DNA of 40,472 nucleotides from Nemertoderma westbladi. Lineage: Eukaryota; Animalia; Xenacoelomorpha. Position numbers and translations under genes: made by a program. How positions within the stretch are numbered: position 1 is the first letter of the stretch; each line of letters starts with the position of its first letter. The stretch spans positions 1 through 40,472 of the forward strand of contig JAUCBJ010000761.1 in assembly GCA_032718475.1 (NCBI GenBank), read 5' to 3'. Positions 1 to 10,608 of the stretch are shown here, piece after piece. The notes below the pieces were generated by a model. The model had not been told where the DNA came from, made no database searches, and saw only the letters and a list, made by a program, of their open reading frames with translations.

Positions 1-2774
1 TTACCTAGCCAGTCTAATTGTCTGCAGATCTCCTGGATCTCATCGGAAAACTCGATAATTCCGCTACTAATAAACTTTCGGGGCGCTACTAACTTTGCAT
101 ACAAGTACCCAGCGATATTATTCCTATTACCATACCTGATGTTTAGTGTATCCCAAACTTGTCTTAATCCGTCTGGATGTCCAATAAACTTTAACGCCAT
201 TAACTTGGGAGATCCTTCCAAGCACTCGATGAGGTATCTAAGTTTTTCTCCATTAGATAATACAGAGTTCTGTATGTTATCTTTGTAATATTCATTAAAA
301 GGTAACCATTTCATCTCATCTCCATTGAACTTGACGATCTCTCCAACCTTTACCGCTTGCCGGGCTTCGGTTCTAGCCATTTGACGCGTAAAACTTTCTT
401 GGGCCATCGTGCTATTCAATATCGAGTTATCGGTATATAAATTTCTCGGATTATGATCAGTTCTATAGGGAATATCATTATCAACAGGTCTATAATTACC
501 CTTAATAGGGTTCACTATAGGAGTTTCTACTTCGCTAGCAGTATAAATGCGTGTAGGCTCCACACCTTGCGCATGAGATACTTCAGACCTAACGGGTTGA
601 CACATTGTTACAGGGGGTGGTGGTATACCCTTTTGTAAATTTACTAATCTATCGCGTTCTAACGCGATACTTTGCTGCACTTCTTGCAACTCTAACCTAC
701 TTTCCCTCACCGTTCCTTTTAAATGTTGGACAGTCCCTTCCAACTCTCGGACCTGTTGGGAAGAGCGTTTCCGATTCTCCCTCATCTCTCCTAGGAGAAT
801 ATCCATCCCCCGCCGTCTCTCGTCTACCCAATCAACCGCCAAAACGGGATCCGCCAACGTCGTAGCGGGCAGACGAGGGACAACGGGCGACAAATTTGGA
901 ATATTTCGCTCGGGGTCCAGGACCTGAACTGTCTCCTGGGCAGTTCTACGGGGCACAGGTAGCTTAGTGCTATGCAGAGGGAATTTATAGGTAGCTTCAG
1001 GGAGCCCAGGTGTGTCTATTACCGAAGGGGTGATTTCAAGAACAGGCCTACTTATTTCAGGCTCATCTACTATAGTAGGGAGTCTTTCTATTGTAATTAT
1101 TTGGTTTGTGGGTTCTGTACTCTCTAAGTTGGTATTATTTAGTTGCCTTCTAACAGCTGGAGGCAAATCAGGCAATTTCTGACGGTGGAATGTTCTTTTA
1201 CGTCTGCTTAGGCGGGATCGATTTCCTCCGCCTTCAGCGTCGGTGGTATCGCCTTCCTCAGATGATGTATAACCTTGTCGTTTGGGAGTAGATCGATTCA
1301 TCATCTGCATATTACTAGCTGTTAACTGTTTATTAAAGTTATCTTGCCTCTCTTGAAGATTTTCCAGCTCTAGTTGGGTTGTCTCTTCAGATGCCCTCCG
1401 TTCTGCTTCTGCCACTGCTATCTTTCTTTCCGCTTCTGCCGCTGCCGCTTTCCTTTGTGCTTCTGCCGCTGCCGCTTTCTTTTCTGCCGCTGCCTCTGCT
1501 GCCTTTCTTTCCGCTTCTGCCGCTGCCGCTTTTCCTTCTGCTTCTGCCGCTGCCGCTTTTCCTTCCGCTTCTGCCGCTGCCACTGCTGCTGCTGCTGTCT
1601 TTCTATCTTCTATACGTTTTTTCCTTACTTGCTCTTCCTTTTCTCTAGCGATGCGGAGTTGTTCATCGAATTTAGCTTGGTTCGCCGCTAACCTATCCAC
1701 ATCAATCGCATCTAACACAAGTTTGGCTCCTTCGCTATTAGGGCTAAGTCCCTCTAGCCTTCTCCTCAACTCTTCATCTCCCACAAAACGCTGATAGTCT
1801 GACAGATAGATATCAATGGCATCCTTCTTATGCGGTTTCTCTGCCGTCGCTTCACTTTCCACTTGGGAGAAAGTAGCGTCTGTCGATTCTCCTTGTGTTG
1901 AGCGCTCCTCCAACTGAACTTTCCACTGAGCTGCTCCTTGAACCTGGCGTCTCACCCTTTGAAGCCAAGTCTTTACGGCAACTTGCAACGACGTGTCTTG
2001 TCTTCTTTTAGAAGCCTCCTCAAAGGCGGATAAGATTAGCCTAATTCGCAGAACTCTTTCTCTAACTTGATAAAGCAGCTGTTCCTGCTCTTGAGGTCCT
2101 TGAGGTTGTTTAAATAGTTGTCTTTCTACTCGCTCCATAGAGCTGAAGAATCCCTGTGCGTATCCGGCTGCGGACCTCTTCCATACAGCTGGATCGATAG
2201 TTTCCTTGGCTACTCCCATCCGGTGTATGTCTTCCCAGGCAGCTTCTGATAAATCAAACGGGAGTCCGGGTCCGGGGAAGTTCCATTGCGACTCGACAAT
2301 AGACTTCAATTCTTCCCTCGTGTACCCCGCATAACTATCTCTAGTTGATCGTTGACTCCTCGCCCAATCGATCTGGTGTTCTTCCACCGCGATCAATAAC
2401 CCAGCGAGCACGGCTGCAGGAAGGATGAGAAGGGGATCCGTATAAACCGCATCCGTCCTCTCTGCTCCGCTCTCGGGTGTCAGCTCTACAGTATCCTCAC
2501 TACTGGAGCTGCTGGGCCGCTGAGGAATAAGTTCTTGACTAGCGGGTTGTTGCTGTTCCGCTGCTTGTTGGTCCCGCTTGACCTGAGCTCGAGTGCCTAT
2601 GATAGACCTACGATGTTGGACTAGCCTAGGTTCTGTTATTACTACTGGAGGGATGACCTTCCTCACAGTGGGGGGTGAACTGAATTTACGACCAGACTGT
2701 TGTACGTCTCTATCTGAGTCGCAGATAGTTACATCTAATATACTGTCTGACAGGTTCTGCTTAGTATCAGACAT
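1..2774 (-). CDS. Gag(-Pol) ORF of a BEL/Pao LTR retrotransposon, running off the left window edge (>920 aa)
   Basis: Minus-strand ATG at 2774 (MSDTKQNLSDS...) is in frame with GEIVKFNGDEMKWLPFNEYYKDNIQNSVLSNGEKLRYLIECLEGSPKLMALKFIGHPDGLRQVWDTLNIRYGN (~120-345). That segment matches the BEL/Pao Gag DUF1759 pattern (F.GD...W..F...LS..EK..YL...L.G....W..L..RYG). Its absence from the ORF track fits a frame with no stop in the window. Confidence 0.8.
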   Translation of the reverse strand, partial: MSDTKQNLSDSILDVTICDSDRDVQQSGRKFSSPPTVRKVIPPVVITEPRLVQHRRSIIGTRAQVKRDQQAAEQQQPASQELIPQRPSSSSSEDTVELTPESGAERTDAVYTDPLLILPAAVLAGLLIAVEEHQIDWARSQRSTRDSYAGYTREELKSIVESQWNFPGPGLPFDLSEAAWEDIHRMGVAKETIDPAVWKRSAAGYAQGFFSSMERVERQLFKQPQGPQEQEQLLYQVRERVLRIRLILSAFEEASKRRQDTSLQVAVKTWLQRVRRQVQGAAQWKVQLEERSTQGESTDATFSQVESEATAEKPHKKDAIDIYLSDYQRFVGDEELRRRLEGLSPNSEGAKLVLDAIDVDRLAANQAKFDEQLRIAREKEEQVRKKRIEDRKTAAAAVAAAEAEGKAAAAEAEGKAAAAEAERKAAEAAAEKKAAAAEAQRKAAAAEAERKIAVAEAERRASEETTQLELENLQERQDNFNKQLTASNMQMMNRSTPKRQGYTSSEEGDTTDAEGGGNRSRLSRRKRTFHRQKLPDLPPAVRRQLNNTNLESTEPTNQIITIERLPTIVDEPEISRPVLEITPSVIDTPGLPEATYKFPLHSTKLPVPRRTAQETVQVLDPERNIPNLSPVVPRLPATTLADPVLAVDWVDERRRGMDILLGEMRENRKRSSQQVRELEGTVQHLKGTVRESRLELQEVQQSIALERDRLVNLQKGIPPPPVTMCQPVRSEVSHAQGVEPTRIYTASEVETPIVNPIKGNYRPVDNDIPYRTDHNPRNLYTDNSILNSTMAQESFTRQMARTEARQAVKVGEIVKFNGDEMKWLPFNEYYKDNIQNSVLSNGEKLRYLIECLEGSPKLMALKFIGHPDGLRQVWDTLNIRYGNRNNIAGYLYAKLVAPRKFISSGIIEFSDEIQEICRQLDWLG
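1380..1600 (-). repeat. Coding GCN-rich repeat encoding (R/G)KAAAAEAE coiled-coil units in Gag
   Basis: Repeated CGCTTCTGCCGCTGCCGCTTT on +. The Cys/Arg- and Leu/Pro-rich + strand ORFs are its shadows. Confidence 0.8.
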
Positions 2775-4089
2775 GACTATGTATACCGTTGAATGTCTAC
2801 TGCTGTATTACAGTCTGAGCAAGTCTAGTAACTCAGTATTAACTGTTAGCCTAATAATTAATTACCGGTACGGCTACTCAGTGTAGCGTGATATATATAT
2901 AATATATTAGAATACCGGTATACTTATAGTATATATAACTATATAAGTATTATCACAGACTAGGTTTATCACAGAATACCGGTATAAATTTAGCACAAAT
3001 ATATATAATATATAATAGGCCTATCTGGAATACCGGTATACAGCTTACAGTTTGTAGGATATATAATTCTGAAATAGAATTAATTACAAGTACCGGTATA
3101 ATTTCAGCCTAGATTTATAGAAATAAAGATAATAGGCCTATCGTAAATACCGGTATATCAATTATTTCAAATAATTGAATTTCTGTTACTTTAGGGTTAC
3201 TTTGTTACTTTACTTACTTTATTACCGTTATTTGAGCAGTAGTCCAACTGATATGGAGACCTAGTTGTTATATGGTAGGCCTACTATTTATAAATCGTTA
3301 GATTTGATTTATAATATATATATACCCGTTTTAATGGGTTTAGTCAATGTTTGAAATAAATGTTATTATTTCTGGGGTAATCACTACACAAAGCAGTGCG
3401 CTTTTAGTGAAGTGTTACGTATAGGACACTAAAACAAATAATACTAATTTACCTAAGTTACTTAATACTACAAATTACGTACAATTCGGGTGAGATTACA
3501 ATCTCTAAATAAACACAAAAATTTACAAAACACAAATACGAATTTTTAGGGTAATTTTACAAGAAGTCTACAAACCAGCCTAACAAAGGGTTAGAATACT
3601 GGTTATTACAACGGACAGGGTACTACGGTGTTTTGAAATAATAAGTAGTAGTAAATACACTGCGTTGTCTAGATAGGAAAATACCACCGCCTGACGACCT
3701 ATAGCCGTATCGCTATAGGTTCTACGTTATGTATCACGGAGTGTTCCTACCTAGAAGTTAATAGAGCTAATCGAATGTGCCTATCAACCACTTTACAACA
3801 CAAATATAATGCCTACACTAATTACTTCGGAAAGTACTGTACACTAAACCCTAAATTAGGTACGAGTACTTGTATAACAGATAATCAGTGGTTAAATATA
3901 CTTGAACAGCTAAAAGAACCACGGCATCTGCTGGAGTGACCGATGCACAAAATCACCAGTCTTTACCTACGCCGAGCAGCCCGTGTAGTACCGGGGTTAA
4001 TTTAACTATAGCGGTATGTATAACAAACACAATTACTGTAGGAACAAACTTGGGGAATGAATGTTGCGGATAATCGCATAAACTCTGAA

Positions 4090-4660
4090 TAATAAATATT
4101 ACGCTACGCGTACAAACTACTCAAACAAAATACAGACCGAACACTGACAGACTACTATCAAGCCTAAACAAACTACGGTATATGCAGACTCCGAAATGAT
4201 TAGGGAGTATGCGCTCTAACCCAGTAGTGCGACTTATTCTTTAGTTGGGGGTTTACCTTACAGCGTTCGCTGCCCCTACTGCCTAACCGTACTTAATCGG
4301 ACAGATGATCTACACACGCGGCAATCCGTTCAGACCTAATAACAGCCAGACAACTATCCAGCCTACAAATTATCTAAATAAAATTATACGCTACCCGTAC
4401 AGACTTACACAAACAAAGTACAGACCAAACGATGGCAGACTACTCTCAAGCCTAAATAAACTACAGGACATGCAGACTCCGAAATGATTAGGGAGTATGC
4501 GTTCTAACCCAGTAGTGCGACTTATTCTTTAGTTGGGGGTTTACCTTACAGCGTTCGCTGCCCCTACTTCCTAACCGTACTTAATCGGACAGGTGATCTA
4601 CACACACTGCAATTCGTTCGGACTTAACAGCAATCAGACAACAGCTCAGCCTACAAATCG
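4090..4660. repeat. Two-copy ~288-bp tandem duplication in the retroelement leader
   Basis: ATGCAGACTCCGAAATGATTAGGGAGTATGCG starts at 4182 and 4470; near-identity continues to ...GATCTACACAC. Confidence 0.9.
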
Positions 4661-6407
4661 TCTGTACAATCTGATCAGGCTTACACGCCTTCTGTTCAAT
4701 ACTGGCCTACAAATAAATAAAACTTGACAGAGATAAGTAAACCATATAAAGGTATAAGGGGTGATCAATCCCTAATCCCCTAAACAGCCTACCGGTATAC
4801 AACAATCAAATCGAATAATACTAGTGTACTTATACGGCAGTACCGGTTCTAGCTGTTGGGCCTACTGACCTACAGGTGTACCGTTCAGGTTTACCGGTTG
4901 ACCGGTACTTTCAACTTTATTGCTTACTGCAACAAAGAAGCAATATCCTTTAATGTTCGCGCTTTCAGACCTTTGGCAGTTTAACCCGCCAAATTAAGAT
5001 GTCTTCTAGATATTAAATCGCTTTTTAGCCTATGACAAGTATTTGATTCACTACACTAGTCGAAACCAATCCGTGCGCGACCATTCACCCGCTGGATATT
5101 CCCGGGAGATTGGGTTCGACGGTTTAATTTTATTGCTATGTAAGCTTAATGTATTATTCGACTGACAGTATTATATAATCTCTGACAATATTATTTACCT
5201 TCGGGAATATTAACAGTTCCTTTAGGACGTGGCGCTTTATCTATATAAACAGAGTTATGACTTAAACTACTCACAACGATATGGCTTAATTATAATTCAC
5301 ATATATGGCACATTCTTTAGGAAATGCTTCTTTAACAGACTCACTCGCACACAATGCTGCACAATACTGCACACTAATCTGCCAATCTTCACTGATTTTA
5401 GTCACATATAAAAGGAACACAGACTGACTCATGTAGGGTCTATCAAATAACATTAGATTCACTTCAAACCACTTTAACATAAGTCACAATCGTTATTGAT
5501 AACCTTTCTCTCTTACCTTCGGTATATCAAGAATATTGGGTGTCGGGGTTATTTCTCGTTATTCCAATATAATAATTCATCAACAAATATAATGAATAAC
5601 CGACAACAAATAGCAGTACACAGTATTGACAGATAAATCGTGCCAGTTGTTTTGAGTTAAGACAATCAATCAGTCATCAGGTGCGTTTGGTCAGCCGCCA
5701 GGTCAGTTAAAGGATATATGTCCTTATAATTAAACCTCCTAGTGTTGAGCTAAAAAGCAGAAAGCATAAAACACTACAAAGCCGTTCTTTCGTGGCTTTG
5801 AAAAGCTCGTGACTACTGCTCTATACGAGGATACCAACTCCCTTATTCCACGAAGCTCCCGTTCAACACAGAGAAAGAGCAGTGAGATAGGAAATTTTCA
5901 GTTCAGTACTCTGTGATAGGTCAAAATCAAGGATAACTCAAATTCTATTGGGAGATACAAAACAAGGCTATGACGCAACCTCCCTAGGCTTGTTGGCCGA
6001 TTAAACAGAGCCCAGATGCCTGCGTACAGCAAATCAGCCAATAAGCTGGTAACTTGCACTATTTTTAGTTATAGATCACTTTGAGAGTATTCTTAGCGAC
6101 TGGGGGGGAACTGGCCAACAAGGCAAACGAATCAGTTATCCCACAAAAGCTTTTACAAACCTGCCCCTCAAACCAGTACCGCAGTACCCTGAGTGAGCAA
6201 AAATGGAAACACGAAAATTGCCATCAACTCAACGATAGAAACACCAGTTGCTGGTACTCATGAGGGCCTAGTAAGCTGCTACTATTTATTGAATGGATAG
6301 CCCAAACTGCAGAGAAGTATATTACTTGCCAAATTTATTACTATCTCACTCTGACCCAGACAGTAATCAAACATCAACAACACAACTGTAAGTTTGTATA
6401 ATGTACA

Positions 6408-6635
6408 GTATTACCCCACCAGATGAATAGCTCTTCCCAGTTAATCCTATGACAATAATCTATAAGGTTACTCAGTGCTATGTTACTGTAGATGGGAGGC
6501 CAGGTAATTGAATTGTAAGCACTGGGCCGTTTAAATGGTTTATAAGTTGATGATAATGAATGATGAGGGACCCAACTAACACTACGTTTGTCTATATGGA
6601 CGGTCTCCTTATAGCCAGCTGGCTGGCTTTTCTAG
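6408..6635 (+). mobile_element. Non-autonomous Helitron-like repeat, 3' part
   Basis: Hairpin AGCCAGC-TG-GCTGGCT (6613-6628) followed by TTTCTAG|T. A homologous copy lies at 18716-18983. Confidence 0.55.
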
Positions 6636-7606
6636 TTGAATCATATTATTCTGAAACCAAATAATTTACTCTTTTAGACGAATTTGTGCGTTTTTTTGCC
6701 GGACTAACAAATTTTGGCGACGTTCTGTGCGAGATTGGCGATATTTGAAAAGATTCTGAGGCTCAAATATGTTTCTCAAATGACTGAATACTGTAGCCCA
6801 AATAAAAAAGTTGGTGCATACTCGACGAGTTGAAATCGGTGAAATTCGACATAAAATTTTCAAAACTGCTATTTTTCAGTGACCCCGTTATCGAAACGCC
6901 ACAAAAAATATACAGTCGTATGCGCAACCAAAATTTATATAGAGTTTGTTATTAAAATTTTGCGTACCTGATTGAGTTTTTGAGATATTTGATGGTTATA
7001 CATATACACACACACTCACACACACACAACCACATCGTGTTTTTGAACGGCTCAACTCTTGACAAGAACTACCCTGGCTGCCTGGCCTACAGTATTAATA
7101 GGCGGGTTCGTTATAATTCACCTAAATTTAATTTATAGTATAGGTATATCCATAGTGATAGTAGTATTGGGTTTAAAGTGGTGATTTTTAGATAAGTTAA
7201 TTGAACAGCGTCAACTTGAACTAGAACGAACTTGAGCTAAATTGAACGTTAAATACTTAAAAACTACATAACTCATCTATTGTATTGTGCCAAGGACAAC
7301 AAACTCTTCTTAGTAGTAGAGTTGTCTTTGCAGCCTTGGGTATAGCTGTATAGGGCCCAATAGTTTAAATACTGAAATGAAATACTGAAATAGGCCTAGG
7401 TCAGTAGGTGCTGAGTACAGAGCAGCAGAGTACAGCCCTGCAGTACATGTACATGCTGACATGTACTGCACAGCTCTGCAGTACATGTATCGTATCGGTA
7501 CCGGTACGCGGTAGGCCTACAGTTATATCAGTATCCACGGCACGTCAGTACGTAACTTAGTGACCCGTAGCCTATCAATGACTGGGTGAACCCATGAACG
7601 ACAACG

Positions 7607-8791
7607 ATGGCTAGGCCTACTCTAAATGAATTTGAATTATACGATGAATCTCGACTTCCATATGGCAACGAGTTTCTTTACTTCCTCCTATATTTCCCGC
7701 TCGGTTTACTTTTATTTACGGCAAGGCTGCTTTTCGCCGTGCAGGTCTTTTTATTCTCCTGCATTTTACCTAAAACCTGGACTGTCAGCCAATTTGTTTT
7801 ACGTGTGCTGCGCTTCGCCCTTGGCCTTGTCGTCACCTCGGAGAACTCTCAAACTCGAGACAATGAGGCCTCCGTGATCGTAGCTAATTGTTCCTCGCTC
7901 GTTGACCACGTCGCAGTGGGAACGGCGTTGCCCTGCGCAACGTTGGACCACAATAAACTCTCGACGCCGCTCAAATGGTTGCTAGGATACAGCACGCGGT
8001 TGGACGACCGCCTACCGCTCGAACAGTTACAACATGAATGTAAAACATACGTATCGACATCTACGCTGCCTTTACTGATATTCCCGGAGCGAACAGAAAC
8101 AAACGGGAGGTTCGGACTGCTTCGCTTCCAGCAGTGGCCCTTCGACTTGGGGGCGAAGGTTCAACCCCTGGCCATAAGGCGGTATAGACCGTCCTTTTGT
8201 CGTGTCGGTTACAACGTAATCGAAGGTTCCGGTATTTCCGACCTACTCTTGTTTCTTTTCGTTCCTTACACACACTTTCATATTAAATTTCTTTCGCCGG
8301 TCGTCGTTGCGGATTCGCTACGTGTTAACGAAACTTTGAGTATCGTTGCTCAGGCAAACGTTTCTCGCGCACTCGGGTTGGTAGCCACCGCGTTTACTCG
8401 CGAGGATAAACTGAGTTTAATCGCGAAGTTGGCTGGTTTCCGGGCCAGTCGGAACGCCGCTCCGCAGCGACGCCCTGTCGTCGGATCTGTTCCCGCCGAT
8501 TCCATGGTCTCCGAGATCCGTAACATCTTCCCGCAGGTCCCGGAAGCCGTCGTTCTAGATGACTTGAGGCGAACGCGAAGTATCGATGGAACCATCGCTA
8601 ATATACTCGAAGGGAATCTCAGTTACACCCCGGTGCCCCAGAATAGCGCTAAGCCCGCGTCTAAACCCGTCGTCAAGGTAAAGGAAGCTAACCACAATCC
8701 TGGGAAACAGTTGAGTTTCTCAGATCGGAAGGCTTTGTTCCTACAGGAAGCGAGACAGCGTTACATCGACAAACATAAACTCCCTAAATAG
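7607..8791 (+). CDS. AUP1: Ancient ubiquitous protein 1 (lipid-droplet/ERAD factor), single-exon CDS
   Basis: N-terminal hydrophobic segment (YFPLGLLLFTARL), acyltransferase-like domain (LIFPERTETNGRFGLLRF), CUE domain (MVSEIRNIFPQVPEAVVLDDLRRTRSIDGTIANILEG) and C-terminal G2BR helix (SFSDRKALFLQEARQRYIDKH). AATAAA at ~8907. Confidence 0.92.
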   Translation: MARPTLNEFELYDESRLPYGNEFLYFLLYFPLGLLLFTARLLFAVQVFLFSCILPKTWTVSQFVLRVLRFALGLVVTSENSQTRDNEASVIVANCSSLVDHVAVGTALPCATLDHNKLSTPLKWLLGYSTRLDDRLPLEQLQHECKTYVSTSTLPLLIFPERTETNGRFGLLRFQQWPFDLGAKVQPLAIRRYRPSFCRVGYNVIEGSGISDLLLFLFVPYTHFHIKFLSPVVVADSLRVNETLSIVAQANVSRALGLVATAFTREDKLSLIAKLAGFRASRNAAPQRRPVVGSVPADSMVSEIRNIFPQVPEAVVLDDLRRTRSIDGTIANILEGNLSYTPVPQNSAKPASKPVVKVKEANHNPGKQLSFSDRKALFLQEARQRYIDKHKLPK

Positions 8792-9068
8792 TTTCAGTAT
8801 TAGTATCACTATTCTTCTACTGGGTAATCTCATTGTTACTTACAAGTCTTACTTGTCCTTATTGTTTAAATGTCGGCGTAGCTAGTCTTATGTAGTTTTT
8901 TACCACAATAAATAAATTCAATCGTGTAGTTCTTTAACCTTTAGCTTTAGAAAATGGTCTCTATAATATTTAATGCATTTGATAGTTATAATCCTAATAA
9001 CAAGTACGTTATTATACAGTTATTTATAGAAGTAACCTTATTTTATGTATTATTACATTTCACGGTCA

Positions 9069-9160
9069 CTTACATATTCGGATTCGCTATTAAATTATGT
9101 TCTAAAATCGAACATAAAATTATTTTTGAATTCATTGGCCTATAAAAGGTGACCGATAAA
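9069..9160 (+). repeat. Interspersed repeat fragment (second copy ~17760-17855)
   Basis: TTACATATTCGGATTCG(C/T)TATTAAATT...CCTATAAAAGGTGACCGATAAAA occurs twice. Confidence 0.75.
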
Positions 9161-9194
9161 AGATACACTGCGGTGCCAATGTTATTTATACAGG

Positions 9195-9432
9195 ATATCC
9201 TTAATAAGAGCCTGGGCGTTTACGTTTATAAATTGCAAATTGGGGAAGCGTTTATTGGGGAGGGGCGTTTATTCGGGGAAGGCGTTTAATCTAACTTGTT
9301 ATTTTCCCTCCTCCAACATAAATTCACGCTGATTTTGATGCTGTTGTCCTATCGCCTTTAAGTTGCAAATTTGATGGTAAGGGGGGCGTTAATTCGAGGA
9401 GAGGGGGGGGGGGGGGGGGGGCTTTATGGTAT
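9195..9432. mobile_element. Degenerate MITE-like repeat with GGGCGTTTATT motifs and poly-G
   Basis: Repeated GGCGTTTA(T/A) motifs resemble the subterminal motifs of Tc1/pogo-type MITEs. Ends are decayed. Confidence 0.4.
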
Positions 9433-10166
9433 CTTAAAATAAATAAATCCTACCATACAAATGTCATAATTATAATAAATAGATGCTACAAACAGTAAAT
9501 TTCATGATAAATGTGACAACAACCACTAACACCATAATATAATACTTAGTCTTACAGCTTACAGGATGAAGCAGAATGTGTTTATATAGTCGCCATAAGG
9601 TCTGCATAAGGATCATAGCCAGTCCGCGATATGAACTAGGAGCTGATAATCTCTTTATGATAGTCTAAGCGTTGTCGATTTTAAATTTTATAGAAATTGC
9701 ACTGTGCGATATTTTTGTCAGACTTTCAAACATATACAATTAAACAACCACATTTCCTGCAGTCCCTGAATGACCAGCTGTGTCTTTGTACAGAAGCTAT
9801 TCTGTCTGCAGTTCGCCAGTCTGGCGCTAGTGAACAAAATGTCTGAAAGTTAAAGGGGGGTACACCATTTTGGTCCAAAATATGTCGAAATTATTTTTAT
9901 GATCTATTATAATGCACGATTAAATGGTGTTTCCAAATCTGAAAACCGCTATTTAATAGCTCTTTTAGTTTTCAAGTTATAACAATTTCCATTTAGGGAA
10001 TCCTATTGAAATTACTATTACTGTACTATGGATAATGAAAGGTCGATTATCTCCAAATATTTTTTTAATGAAATTGTAAACTTCAAAACCCTACTACTTC
10101 TACAATTAATGAGCAATTAGTATGAAAATTTCTGTGGGTGTCTACATGGCCACCCTGCATAAAAGT

Positions 10167-10608
10167 GCTGAGGAAAATAAAACTAAAATGCTGAGAACAC
10201 CAAATCTCTGGATGGCACATTCACAAGAATGCTACGCCGGGTTCATTCTGTCAAGTACAATGCACACATCTCCAACCAGACACTATATAACATTGGAGGT
10301 GTCTCAATGGTTCCCCCAAGCTTGACACTAGAACAAAATCGCCTCCGCTTTGTAGGACATTGCTTTCGCCGTGAGGACCAGCCAGTGCATAATCTTGTAC
10401 TTTGGCAGCCTCATGGAGTGAATAAGCATGGTGGACAGCCCATGACTTTCTTGAGACGCATCTTAAAGGACACTGGCCTTGAAGATGCGGATGATCTAGC
10501 AAATGTCATGGGTGATAGGGAGTTGTGGCGGTGTAATTTTGTCGATAAGCCGGCACAGCATTGTTAAAAATGCAGCTGCAATGCAGCATGCCGATCCTAG
10601 TAGTAGTA
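10167..10608 (+). mobile_element. 5'-truncated RTE-clade LINE (3' end) with (TAG)n tail and 10-bp TSD
   Basis: Encodes the RT C-terminus RLRFVGHCFRREDQPVHNLVLWQP...DRELWR. TAGTAGTAG tail; GCATAAAAGT at 10157-10166 and 10609-10618. Confidence 0.9.

Larger units (their letters stand above)
1..6407 (-). mobile_element. BEL/Pao LTR retrotransposon, 5' portion (putative 5' LTR ~5000-6400, ~2.2-kb leader, gag)
   Basis: Gag ORF as above. Minus strand reads ...TCTAGAAGACA|TCTTAATT-TGGCGGG at ~5010-4985 (LTR-end CA followed by a PBS-like TGG). AATAAA lies at ~5130 and CCAAT-like boxes at ~5945-6042. The outer boundary is uncertain because the second LTR is outside the window. Confidence 0.55.

Noticed and set aside
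1374-1691. Cys/Arg-rich and Leu/Pro-rich + strand ORFs
   Set aside because: Antisense shadows of the Gag Ala/Glu/Lys repeat.
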